A program made the translations under genes and the position numbers. Source: an uncultured Gammaproteobacteria bacterium (GTDB taxonomy: Bacteria; Pseudomonadota; Gammaproteobacteria; Arenicellales; JAANXG01). From it: DNA of 64,000 nt. Every line of letters starts with the position of its first letter. Positions within the stretch are counted from its first letter, which is position 1. The DNA lies in contig CAMYNL010000014.1 of NCBI GenBank assembly GCA_947259705.1, positions 36,875-100,874 on the forward strand, given 5' to 3'. Of this stretch, positions 22,149-30,572 are shown in pieces. The notes under the pieces were generated by a model. That model was not told the DNA's origin. It saw only the letters and a program-made list of their open reading frames with translations, and did no database searches.

Positions 22149-22670
22149 ATGAAACAGTGGATTATCGCTCTTATCGCCGTTGCCGGCATTAACGGTGCCG
22201 CGTGGGGCGCTGACGCGCAGCCCCCGGCACCGGATGTCACCCCGGCTTACGACTTTACCGAGTTCACCAAGATGTGGGAGCAGTTCCTTCCTACCGGACA
22301 GGGGCAGATTCCGACTGCCACGGCCATGCAGCTGAACCATCCAGGCGCCTATGCCCAGTTCATGAATCCGGCGACCTATGCCCAGTTCATGAATCCGGCG
22401 ACCTATGCCCAGTTCATGAGCCCGGCCTTCTATATGCAGTTCGCGGACATCAACAGGATGATGCAGTTCATGAATCCGGCCGCGTACGGGGTGTTCATGA
22501 ACCCGGCCAGTTATATGCCGATGATGAATCCCGGTGCCTACATGGTCTACATGAATCCGGCCTTGTACACGCAGTTCTTGAACCCGGAGGCGTACAAGAC
22601 CTTCATCGACCCGAACCTGTATACGCAGTGGCTCAATCCGGCGAGCTACAAGGTCCCGACCGGCGGCTGA
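22149..22670 (+). CDS. Secreted protein with about 12 nine-residue (M/L)NPAxYxQF repeats, rich in Met/Pro/Tyr
   Basis: GGAGA RBS, Sec-type signal MKQWIIALIAVAGINGAAWG, repeat register visible in translation, own promoter and terminator. Confidence 0.85.
   Translation: MKQWIIALIAVAGINGAAWGADAQPPAPDVTPAYDFTEFTKMWEQFLPTGQGQIPTATAMQLNHPGAYAQFMNPATYAQFMNPATYAQFMSPAFYMQFADINRMMQFMNPAAYGVFMNPASYMPMMNPGAYMVYMNPALYTQFLNPEAYKTFIDPNLYTQWLNPASYKVPTGG
22348..22428 (+). repeat. 27-bp coding tandem repeat x3
   Basis: CCTATGCCCAGTTCATGAATCCGGCGA twice exactly, then a near-exact third copy. Confidence 0.95.
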
Positions 22671-22697
22671 GCGGACACCGAAGAACATCGCTCAAGG

Positions 22698-22732
22698 AAG
22701 GGCAGGGTCCGGCAGGGCCCTGCCCTTTTTCT
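22698..22732 (+). terminator. Rho-independent terminator
   Basis: AAGGGCAGGGTCC-GGCA-GGGCCCTGCCCTT followed by a T run. Confidence 0.88.
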
Positions 22733-22808
22733 TTGCCTGCGGCCGGTGGCCAATCCCTTGGCGATGGGGTAGAAAGAGAAGCCCCCTTGCTGTACATAGG
22801 ACAGCACT

Positions 22809-23603
22809 ATGCTCGAGAACGTCAAGCAAACCAACCCGCTGATTCTGATAGCGGGCATCATTCTCATCCCTGTTACCGTGGCGGTGGTGAGCCTTTGGGT
22901 GGACACGCGCATCGACGATCGGCAGCGCACGCTGGCGCAGGATCTCCACCAGCGCCAGGAAAGCCTGGCGGTAGCCCAGACCATTGACGCCTACTTCCAG
23001 GGGGTAGGACAGGTGTTGTTGGGCGAGATGGACTCGGCGCTGCGTGATCGCATCATCGTGGCCCGCACAAATGCGCTGCTGACGCGGCTCAACCGGCCGG
23101 TGGACCGGGCCCTGATCGTACGCTTCGTGAACCAGATGCAACCGGAACTCACCAAGCGGCCCGAACGGGTGTTGGAGCGATCGGCCCAACCATACATCGA
23201 TCTCTCGGGCATCGACCTGAGCGGCACGGACCTCGCGTTCATCAACCTGTACCGCGCCGACCTGAGCGGCGCGATCCTGCGCGAGGCCAGGCTTACCTGG
23301 GCCAACCTGTCCCACGCCAATCTGCGCGGTGCCGATCTCAGCGGCGCGAGCCTGAATGGTGCCGAATTCAATGGAGCCGTGTTGACGGGGGCCAGGCTGC
23401 GTGGCGCCCGGATCGGTGGTGCCAGTTTTCGAGCTGCCAGACTGGACCGAGCGGACCTGGGCGGTGCCGACGCCACGGATTTCGAGTTCGAGGGCATCAC
23501 CACCGGGACCAGCTTCGCGGCGGCAATCCTGACCGGCGCGCGGTGGTTGGACGGGAGGTTGTGCGGGCCCGACTCCGTGGGCAGCTGCCGGGTGCCGAAG
23601 TGA
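22809..23603 (+). CDS. Membrane-anchored pentapeptide-repeat protein
   Basis: N-terminal TM helix; about 18 A(D/N)Lxx-type pentapeptides (LSGID LSGTD ... LDRAD LGGAD). Confidence 0.88.
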   Translation: MLENVKQTNPLILIAGIILIPVTVAVVSLWVDTRIDDRQRTLAQDLHQRQESLAVAQTIDAYFQGVGQVLLGEMDSALRDRIIVARTNALLTRLNRPVDRALIVRFVNQMQPELTKRPERVLERSAQPYIDLSGIDLSGTDLAFINLYRADLSGAILREARLTWANLSHANLRGADLSGASLNGAEFNGAVLTGARLRGARIGGASFRAARLDRADLGGADATDFEFEGITTGTSFAAAILTGARWLDGRLCGPDSVGSCRVPK

Positions 23604-23940
23604 GGCTCCATCAACGGCCGGCCAGCCGTCCGACAGGACGATAATCCACAGGGCGCCCGGCTGCACCCGATATTTCGGGCCGCGGGCTATATCGGGGTCT
23701 GGCGCTGCGGTGCGTCGGATGCAATGCGCCCTGATCGATTCGCGATCAAGCTTGCTGCCCTCGACCAAGGTCGAGCCCCTCACCGGTTGGTTGCCGAACG
23801 CGGCTATGCCGCGGACGATCGGGTCGCCTTGCGCACTGGCGTATGGCATGGTGTGAGCCCGAACGGCGCACCTCGCAGGTGGCCATCGGCACCTCCAGTG
23901 CGATGCGCTATGCCAGGGGGCGCCGCCCGATTGAGCATGC

Positions 23941-25020
23941 TCAGGATCCCGGGTCGGCCCGGTCCCTGAGCAGCCGCTCGACCATGTCCTCCAGCGACTT
24001 GAGCCGCTTGCGAAATTCAAAGAGCTTACGGAACACGGTAATATTGCGCGTGTATTCCCGGAACGGCTGCGGTGGCGTAGTCGCGTACATGCCGGGTTCG
24101 GGTATGTCCTCGGTGACACCACAGCGATGCACCATGACCACGTCGTCCGCAACGGTCATGTGGTCGAGCACACCGGTCTGGCCGCTGGCGATGACGCGCT
24201 TGCCGAAGCGACTCGATCCCGCTATCCCGCACTGCGCCACAAGCAGACAGTCCTCGTCGAGGAATACGTTGTGGGCGATGTGGCACAGCGCGTCGATCTT
24301 GGTGCCGCGGCCAATCCGGGTTTCGCGATAGGTACCGCGGTCGACGGTGCAGTTGGCGCTGATGACCACGTCGTCTTCCACCACCACGATGCCTTTCTGA
24401 GGAACCCGCTGCCAGTGCTTGGCCCGATCGCGGACAAACCCGAAACCGTCGGCGCCAATGACACAGCCCGGCTTCAGCCGCACTCGCTTCCCGACGCGGC
24501 AGCCACGGCCGATGAAGACCCGCGCATGGATCACGGACTCGTCGTCTATGAAGGCGTCTTCCTCGATGATTGCATTGGCCTGCACCACGCTCCGCGCTCC
24601 GAGTTGGACGCCGCGGCCGATCACTGCGTAGGCCCCCACCGTCACGGTGTCAGGGACGCTGACGGAGGGATGGATGACCGCCGTGGGATGTATGCGTGGC
24701 CACTCGGTGCAGTGCAAATCGACATCGTCGAAGTGCTGGCGCAACAAGGCGTGGGCAAGCTTGACGTCCTCCGTCACCAGTATCGCGAGATCACCGATAT
24801 CCTGCAGCTGCTGCGCCAGCTCGGGGGTGGTGACCACCGCCGCCGGGGACGCCTCCCGGATGGCGGTAAGCACGGCCTCATCGTCGACAAAAATAATATC
24901 ATTCGCGGAGAAATCATCCGCGGGCGCGAACCCCGAGATGGTCCCGTTCGGCCCCAGACTTTGCAGCAGCAAACCGGACGGGTGGAAACGTTCGTAGATT
25001 TCGGAGACTGTTATGGTCAT
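23941..25020 (-). CDS. LpxD-like UDP-3-O-acylglucosamine N-acyltransferase (hexapeptide repeats)
   Basis: IHPTAVIHP, IGADGFGFV, TVDRG, TKIDALCHIAHNV and LLVAQCGIAGS. Confidence 0.85.
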   Translation of the reverse strand: MTITVSEIYERFHPSGLLLQSLGPNGTISGFAPADDFSANDIIFVDDEAVLTAIREASPAAVVTTPELAQQLQDIGDLAILVTEDVKLAHALLRQHFDDVDLHCTEWPRIHPTAVIHPSVSVPDTVTVGAYAVIGRGVQLGARSVVQANAIIEEDAFIDDESVIHARVFIGRGCRVGKRVRLKPGCVIGADGFGFVRDRAKHWQRVPQKGIVVVEDDVVISANCTVDRGTYRETRIGRGTKIDALCHIAHNVFLDEDCLLVAQCGIAGSSRFGKRVIASGQTGVLDHMTVADDVVMVHRCGVTEDIPEPGMYATTPPQPFREYTRNITVFRKLFEFRKRLKSLEDMVERLLRDRADPGS

Positions 25021-25078
25021 CAGCCTTGCATCACGCGAGTGGAGGCCCACGGATGATAACCAGTGCCGCGACGCGGGG

Positions 25079-26356
25079 CTAGGTGGGCGGCGGCGGACTG
25101 CGGGGCGGGATCCTAAGTGTGCTTAGCAGCAGGCCGCCGGCAATGAACAGGACCAGCAAGGTCAGGATCGAGATGCGGGTGCTGTCGAAGACGACGGCGG
25201 TCCAGCCCATGAGCAGCGGGCCGATCACGGCCGCGAACTTACCGAGCAGGTTGTAGAAACCAAAGAACTCCCCCGCCGCCTCCTTGGGGATCAGATGGGC
25301 GTAGAGCGATCGGCTCAGGGCCTGCACGCCCCCCTGCACCAGCCCGATGGCCACGGCCATCGCGAAGAACTCCCAGGTCTGGTCGATGAAATAGGCCCAT
25401 ATGGTGATCCCCACATAGGCCGCGAGGCCGATGAGAATCCCCGGCTTGGCGCCGATGCGCTGGCCCAGCAGGCCAAATGCCAGCGCGGAGGGAAAGCCGA
25501 CGAACTGCACCACCAGCAGCGCCGTGACCAGGTCGGTGGCGGTAAAGCCGAGCGCGAGCCCGTAGTCAACGGCCATCCGCACCACCGTATCCACCGCATC
25601 GATATACAGCCAGTAGGCGATCAGGAACTGTACCACCACGCGGTAGCCGCGGATCTTATGGAAGGTCGTCACCAACTGGCTGAACCCTCGTCGTGCCGCA
25701 ATCGCCAGGCTTACTCGTCTCTCTTCGCCAGCCTCATGAACGAGGCGTGCGAGCGGCAGCGAGAAAACCGCCCACCACAATGCGGTAGCCAGAAAAGAAA
25801 GGCGAACGGCCTGGCTGGCGTCGGGGATGCCGAACCATCCCGGCTGGAGTGTCATCATCACGCAGCCGGCGAACAACAGGCCGCCGCCGAGGTATCCCAT
25901 GGCGTAGCCCAGCCCGGAAACCAATTCGAAGCGGTGCGCAGGCGCCACGTCGACCAGCAGGGCATCGTAGAAGATGTTGGCACCTGCAAAGCCAATCCCG
26001 GCCACGACGTAGAGCGCGACCGCGGCGGCCCACTGGCCCTCCCCAAGCAGATAGAGGCAGGAAGTGGCGGTCACGCCCAGAGCCGCGAAGATAAGCAGGA
26101 AGCGTTTTTTCAGACGTCCCTGATCGGCAATGGCACCGAGGATGGGCGCCAGAATCAACACCGCGACGCTGGCCAGTGAATTTGCCAGCCCCAGCCGGAA
26201 CGTGCTTTCGGTGACGGCGGCGCCCTCGCTCCAGTACTGCTTGAAGAATACCGGGAAGAACCCCGCAATCACGGCGGTGGCGAAGGCGGAATTGGCCCAG
26301 TCATACAGCGCCCAGGCCCAGACCTGCCGGTCACTCTCGCGGAGCAGGGTGCGCAA
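25079..26356 (-). CDS. MFS transporter (UMF1/Atg22-like)
   Basis: WAWALYDWANSAF, IFYDALL, LIPKEAAGEFFGFYNLLGKF; about 12 TM segments. Confidence 0.88.
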   Translation of the reverse strand: MRTLLRESDRQVWAWALYDWANSAFATAVIAGFFPVFFKQYWSEGAAVTESTFRLGLANSLASVAVLILAPILGAIADQGRLKKRFLLIFAALGVTATSCLYLLGEGQWAAAVALYVVAGIGFAGANIFYDALLVDVAPAHRFELVSGLGYAMGYLGGGLLFAGCVMMTLQPGWFGIPDASQAVRLSFLATALWWAVFSLPLARLVHEAGEERRVSLAIAARRGFSQLVTTFHKIRGYRVVVQFLIAYWLYIDAVDTVVRMAVDYGLALGFTATDLVTALLVVQFVGFPSALAFGLLGQRIGAKPGILIGLAAYVGITIWAYFIDQTWEFFAMAVAIGLVQGGVQALSRSLYAHLIPKEAAGEFFGFYNLLGKFAAVIGPLLMGWTAVVFDSTRISILTLLVLFIAGGLLLSTLRIPPRSPPPPT

Positions 26357-26410
26357 GGCCTAGGAATTCATATTGGCCCGGGAGACGGAAGGCATGTCGC
26401 CGGCCGACAT

Positions 26411-26698
26411 TCAGTCATGGGCGACGGGTTTGTCCGTGAACAGGTAATCCCGCAGTTCCTTGTCCATGGCCGGATCCCGGCGCCTGATCCATTCCAGCAC
26501 CATGGCGGCATGTTCCTTTTCCTCGTCACGGTTATGGCTCAGGATGGCGCGCAGTTCCGAATCCTTGCACGCATCGACCCGCTGGTTGTACCAGTCGATG
26601 GCCTCGAGTTCCTCCATCAGGGAAACAATGGCACGGTGCATGTCCCGGGTCTCGTCGCTCAATTCATTGATGTCTTCGTGATAACCTTCGTTTGCCAT
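26411..26698 (-). CDS. Encapsulin-associated-type ferritin-like protein (EncFtn family), 95 aa
   Basis: RAIVSLMEELEAIDWYNQR and HNRDEEKEHAAM ferroxidase motifs. Confidence 0.9.
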   Translation of the reverse strand: MANEGYHEDINELSDETRDMHRAIVSLMEELEAIDWYNQRVDACKDSELRAILSHNRDEEKEHAAMVLEWIRRRDPAMDKELRDYLFTDKPVAHD

Positions 26699-26940
26699 TT
26701 CGGGTTCTTTCGTCTTGATTGAGGAGTTGTATCTTAAACGGAAGTGAAAAGTTCGCCCAGTGGCCGGATGATTCATGGCACGGTCCGCCCGGGCACGATA
26801 TCCGGCAGCCGTCACCGACTGGTACCACTTCGACGCGGACAGCGCGGGCCTGCCATCTGGCAGGTGAGGGCCCCGCCGCTGCGACAACCGAGCGTGCGCG
26901 TATACTAGCGGGCCTCCCGACACCCAGTGCTGGATCACAC

Positions 26941-27861
26941 ATGACGACACAGAGCAAGTTTTCAGGCGTTCTGGTGCCGGTCGCCACACCTTTCACCGCG
27001 ACGCTGACACCGGATCATGCGGCGTTCGCGCGTCACTGCCGGTGGCTGTTGGATCGGGGAGTGGATGGTCTCGCGGTATTCGGTACCACCAGCGAGGCCA
27101 ATTCTCTGGCCATCGAAGAGCGGGTCGATATGCTCGATGCATTGATCGACGCGGGCGTCGCGCCGGCCATGCTGATGCCCGGCACCGGGACCTGCGCGCT
27201 GACCGATACCGTGCGCCTGACCGCTCAAGCTGTTGAACGCGGTTGTGGAGGAGTGTTGATGCTGCCGCCGTTCTACTACAAGGACGTCAGCGACGAGGGG
27301 CTTTTCGCCTATTACTCGGAGGTGATCGAGCGTGTCGGCGACGGGCGCCTGCGGGTGTACCTCTACCACATCCCGCCGATCGCCCGGGTGGGTATTTCCG
27401 CCGCGCTCATCGAGCGCCTCGTCGAGGCGTTTCCGGAAATCGTCATGGGTATCAAGGACAGTTCCGGCGACTGGCGCAATACGGCGGCCATTCTGGAACG
27501 CTTTCCGGGTTTTGCCACCTTTTCCGGTTCCGAATCACACCTGCTCGCCACTCTTCGGGGCGGGGGCGCCGGCTGTATCACCGCCACCGGTAACGTCAAT
27601 CCGGCCGGGATCCGGGAACTGTGCAAACACTGGCGCGGAGCGGACGCGGACCGAATTCAGCAGCGGGTGACCGCCATACGCAGCGTGGTCGAGGCCTTTC
27701 CCTTGATCGGCGCCACCAAGGCCATGATTGCCGATCATTACGGGGACGAATCCTGGCTCAGGGTCCGCCCGCCGCTGATGCCGCTGCCGGAGTCGCAGCT
27801 TGCTGCCCTGCGCTCGGCCTTGTCGGCGTTGGAATTCAGCATGGGCCGCGGTGGTGTCTAA
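26941..27861 (+). CDS. DapA/NAL-family aldolase of unknown substrate
   Basis: GTTSE, YLYHIP and Schiff-base GIKDSSG. Confidence 0.85.
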   Translation: MTTQSKFSGVLVPVATPFTATLTPDHAAFARHCRWLLDRGVDGLAVFGTTSEANSLAIEERVDMLDALIDAGVAPAMLMPGTGTCALTDTVRLTAQAVERGCGGVLMLPPFYYKDVSDEGLFAYYSEVIERVGDGRLRVYLYHIPPIARVGISAALIERLVEAFPEIVMGIKDSSGDWRNTAAILERFPGFATFSGSESHLLATLRGGGAGCITATGNVNPAGIRELCKHWRGADADRIQQRVTAIRSVVEAFPLIGATKAMIADHYGDESWLRVRPPLMPLPESQLAALRSALSALEFSMGRGGV

Positions 27862-27926
27862 ATGCCAGCGGCAGGGACAGTCAGTGCATCGATGGCGGAT
27901 TCTCCGACGGCTATCGGCGGTGGCTG

Positions 27927-29075
27927 ATGATGCTGGCCGGCCGCGATGCCAGGATAGACTTCTTCCGCGGCTTCGCGCTGCTTACCATTTTCATCGAGCA
28001 CGTCTACTACAACAAACTTGGCGGATACACGCTGCGCAGCTACGGTATTGCGGATGCAGGCGAGGTGTTCTTCTTCCTGTCCGGGTTCGTGGCCACCCTG
28101 GCCAACGATCGCATCGTTGCGACATATGGCTACGGGACGGCACAGCACAAGGCCCTGTCGCGTTGTGCCAGGATCTACCTGGCTCATGCCGTCGCTTTCC
28201 TCGTCGTCGTCGCACTCACCGTATTACTGAGCCGGGGTGAGGGCTTCGGCGTGGTGTTCTCCGTATACGGATTGAGCGATATCGCCGCCGGTGACTGGTC
28301 CACGTTCGTGCATGGCCTGATGATGCTGCATCAGCCATACCTGTTCGGTATCCTGCCGGTATTTGTGATCCTGTCGGCATCGACACCCGTCATGCTCTAC
28401 GCGTTGCGGCGTTCGCCGCGCGCCTTGTTGGCGATCTCCTTATTCGTCCACCTCGCGGTGCAACTGTTTGACATCAACCTGCCGACCTATCCAAACGGTA
28501 CTCCATGGGCCTTCAACCCCCTGGCTTACCAATTCATGTTTGTGCTGGGAATGTTGTTCGGCTGGAACTATCTTAACCAGCGATTCCGGCCGAGTTATTC
28601 GATCCGCACAATGGCTGTAGCGTCAATGTTTCTGCTGCTTATTTTCCTGTTGCATCAGTTCATACCCTTTCTGCACAGGCATTTTCTTCCTGAGTTGTCC
28701 TGGTATGTTGGAGGCATACCGCTGAGCGACAAACAGAACATCGAACCCATGCGCATAGCCCACTTTCTGCTGTTGGCCTACTTCGTCACCGGCCTGGTCC
28801 ACTACCTGGAGGACCTGCCGCTCAAAATCAGAAGCGTGATCGCTGTTCTGGCGCGACCCGTGGGAAGCTGTGGCCGCCACTCGCTGACGGTGTTTGCGTG
28901 CAGCATCGTGTTGTTTTATCTGGGCAGCCTCGTGATCGCTTCGCGTGGTGACGGGGCGGCGGTGTGGGTCCCGCTGAACATTATCGGTTTTACTATGCTA
29001 TTGTTGGTGGCGTCATGGCTGTACCGCCGGCGCCCGGGAGCCGGCTTGCGGGTCGTTCATGCGGGGACCGGATAA
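27927..29075 (+). CDS. OpgC-domain membrane acyltransferase
   Basis: RDARIDFFRGFAL, DAGEVFFFLSG, FNPLAYQF and GRHSLTVF. Confidence 0.85.
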   Translation: MMLAGRDARIDFFRGFALLTIFIEHVYYNKLGGYTLRSYGIADAGEVFFFLSGFVATLANDRIVATYGYGTAQHKALSRCARIYLAHAVAFLVVVALTVLLSRGEGFGVVFSVYGLSDIAAGDWSTFVHGLMMLHQPYLFGILPVFVILSASTPVMLYALRRSPRALLAISLFVHLAVQLFDINLPTYPNGTPWAFNPLAYQFMFVLGMLFGWNYLNQRFRPSYSIRTMAVASMFLLLIFLLHQFIPFLHRHFLPELSWYVGGIPLSDKQNIEPMRIAHFLLLAYFVTGLVHYLEDLPLKIRSVIAVLARPVGSCGRHSLTVFACSIVLFYLGSLVIASRGDGAAVWVPLNIIGFTMLLLVASWLYRRRPGAGLRVVHAGTG

Positions 29076-29144
29076 TAGTGGTGTATATTCGGGTTGTTCG
29101 GACCCCAGGGTCGCGCGGTGGCGCCTCCCGAAGGGTCTGATTTC

Positions 29145-29468
29145 ATGTACTGTTCCTCGCTTCCAAAGCATCTCCCGGTTCCCGCGCTGCTGTTGGTGGT
29201 CGCGGCCCTGGCGCTGGCTCAGGAACAGCAGACCATCGTGCTCGATCTGGATTACGACAACATCGAGCCCCAGGTCGAAACCAGGGAGTATGAGAATCGG
29301 CGGGTGGAGGAATATCGCGTCAACGACAACCTCTACGCCATCAAGATCAGGCCCAAGAACGGGGAGCCTTACTACCTGATCGACCCGGACGGTTCCGGCC
29401 AGATGGAGTGGCGCCGTGATACCAATGAGAATATCCGCGTCCCGAACTGGTCCCTGATCAAGTGGTGA
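29145..29468 (+). CDS. DUF2782-like secreted protein
   Basis: RVEEYRVNDNLYAIKIRPKNGEPYYLIDPDG and VPNWSLIKW. Confidence 0.8.
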   Translation: MYCSSLPKHLPVPALLLVVAALALAQEQQTIVLDLDYDNIEPQVETREYENRRVEEYRVNDNLYAIKIRPKNGEPYYLIDPDGSGQMEWRRDTNENIRVPNWSLIKW

Positions 29469-29521
29469 CTTGGCGCCAAACCGGTTACGTTGACTGAAAA
29501 CTGAATGCAACAGGAATCCCT

Positions 29522-30541
29522 ATGAGACGCTTGCGATACACGATTGCCACCCTCGCCCTGGTGCTGCTGAACGTGCCACCCGCGCTAGCGGACACCCTGG
29601 CGGAGGTGAAGCAGCGCGGGGCGGTGCGCTGCGGTGTGAACGACGATCTACCCGGGTTCGCGAGAAAGACCGCCGCCGGCGACTGGGCCGGCCTGGATGT
29701 GGACATGTGTCGTGCGGTGGCGGCGGCGGTGTTCGGTGATGCCGAGAAGGTCCAATTCATCCCCTTGAACGCCACCCAGCGCTTCGAGGCGCTCAAGGCC
29801 GGCAAGATCGACTTACTGGCCCGCAATTCCACCTGGACCCTGAGCCGTGACCTGGGCCAGGGTATGGATTTCGTCGGCACGAACTATTATGACGGTCAGG
29901 GATTTCTCGCTGCCAGCGCAGGCGGCATCCACAGCGCCCTGGAGCTTGGTGGGTCGGATGTCTGCGTCCAGGCGGGTACGACGAGTCTGCAGAACGTCAA
30001 GGCCTATTTCACCCGGCATCGGATGAAGCTGCGGCTGCATGTCTTTGACAGCACGGCCGCGGCTCTCGTCGCGTACCGGGCGGGTCAGTGCAACGTGCTG
30101 ACCAGCGATCAGTCGCAGCTCTATGCGTTGCGCAGCGAGCTGCCCGATCCCGACGCGCATGTCGTGTTGCCGGAGTTCATCTCCAAGGAGCCGCTTGGAC
30201 CGGTCGTGCGCGAAGGCGATTCTCCCTGGGCCGACATTGTGCAGTGGACGCTGTTCGCCATGATCAATGCAGAGGAGCTGGAGATATCCTCGGCCAATGT
30301 GGACCGCATCGCCGAACAGGCGTCGGACCCGGCGCTCCGCCGTTTCCTCGGCAAGGACGGTAATCACGGCGCCGATCTCGGGATCAGCAGCAGTTGGGCC
30401 TACAACGTGATCAAGCAGGTGGGGAACTACGCAGAATCATTCGACCGCAATGTCGGTCCTGGATCGGCCCTGAAGATCCGCCGCGGTCAGAACGCACTGT
30501 GGCGGGACGGCGGGTTGATGTTCGTACCGCCCATACTCTGA
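29522..30541 (+). CDS. General L-amino acid ABC transporter substrate-binding protein (AapJ/BztA-like)
   Basis: GLDVDMCRAVAAA, LARNSTWTLSRD, YYDGQGF, ISKEPLGP and VGNYAESFDRN. Confidence 0.9.
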   Translation: MRRLRYTIATLALVLLNVPPALADTLAEVKQRGAVRCGVNDDLPGFARKTAAGDWAGLDVDMCRAVAAAVFGDAEKVQFIPLNATQRFEALKAGKIDLLARNSTWTLSRDLGQGMDFVGTNYYDGQGFLAASAGGIHSALELGGSDVCVQAGTTSLQNVKAYFTRHRMKLRLHVFDSTAAALVAYRAGQCNVLTSDQSQLYALRSELPDPDAHVVLPEFISKEPLGPVVREGDSPWADIVQWTLFAMINAEELEISSANVDRIAEQASDPALRRFLGKDGNHGADLGISSSWAYNVIKQVGNYAESFDRNVGPGSALKIRRGQNALWRDGGLMFVPPIL

Positions 30542-30572
30542 ACAATCGCCGCGCGATTATCGCGGGTGCCGG

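Noticed and set aside
22348-22428. Direct repeats as a CRISPR array
   Set aside because: Head-to-tail with no spacers, in-frame within a CDS, and no cas genes
23604-23940. Gene remnant in the gap between the pentapeptide and lpxD-like genes
   Set aside because: The frames I translated showed no recognisable motif
22692-24152. Long minus-strand 486-aa ORF and other long overlapping ORFs (e.g. 57873-59231, 59678-61147, 32731-33933)
   Set aside because: Shadow frames of high-GC genes with no motifs
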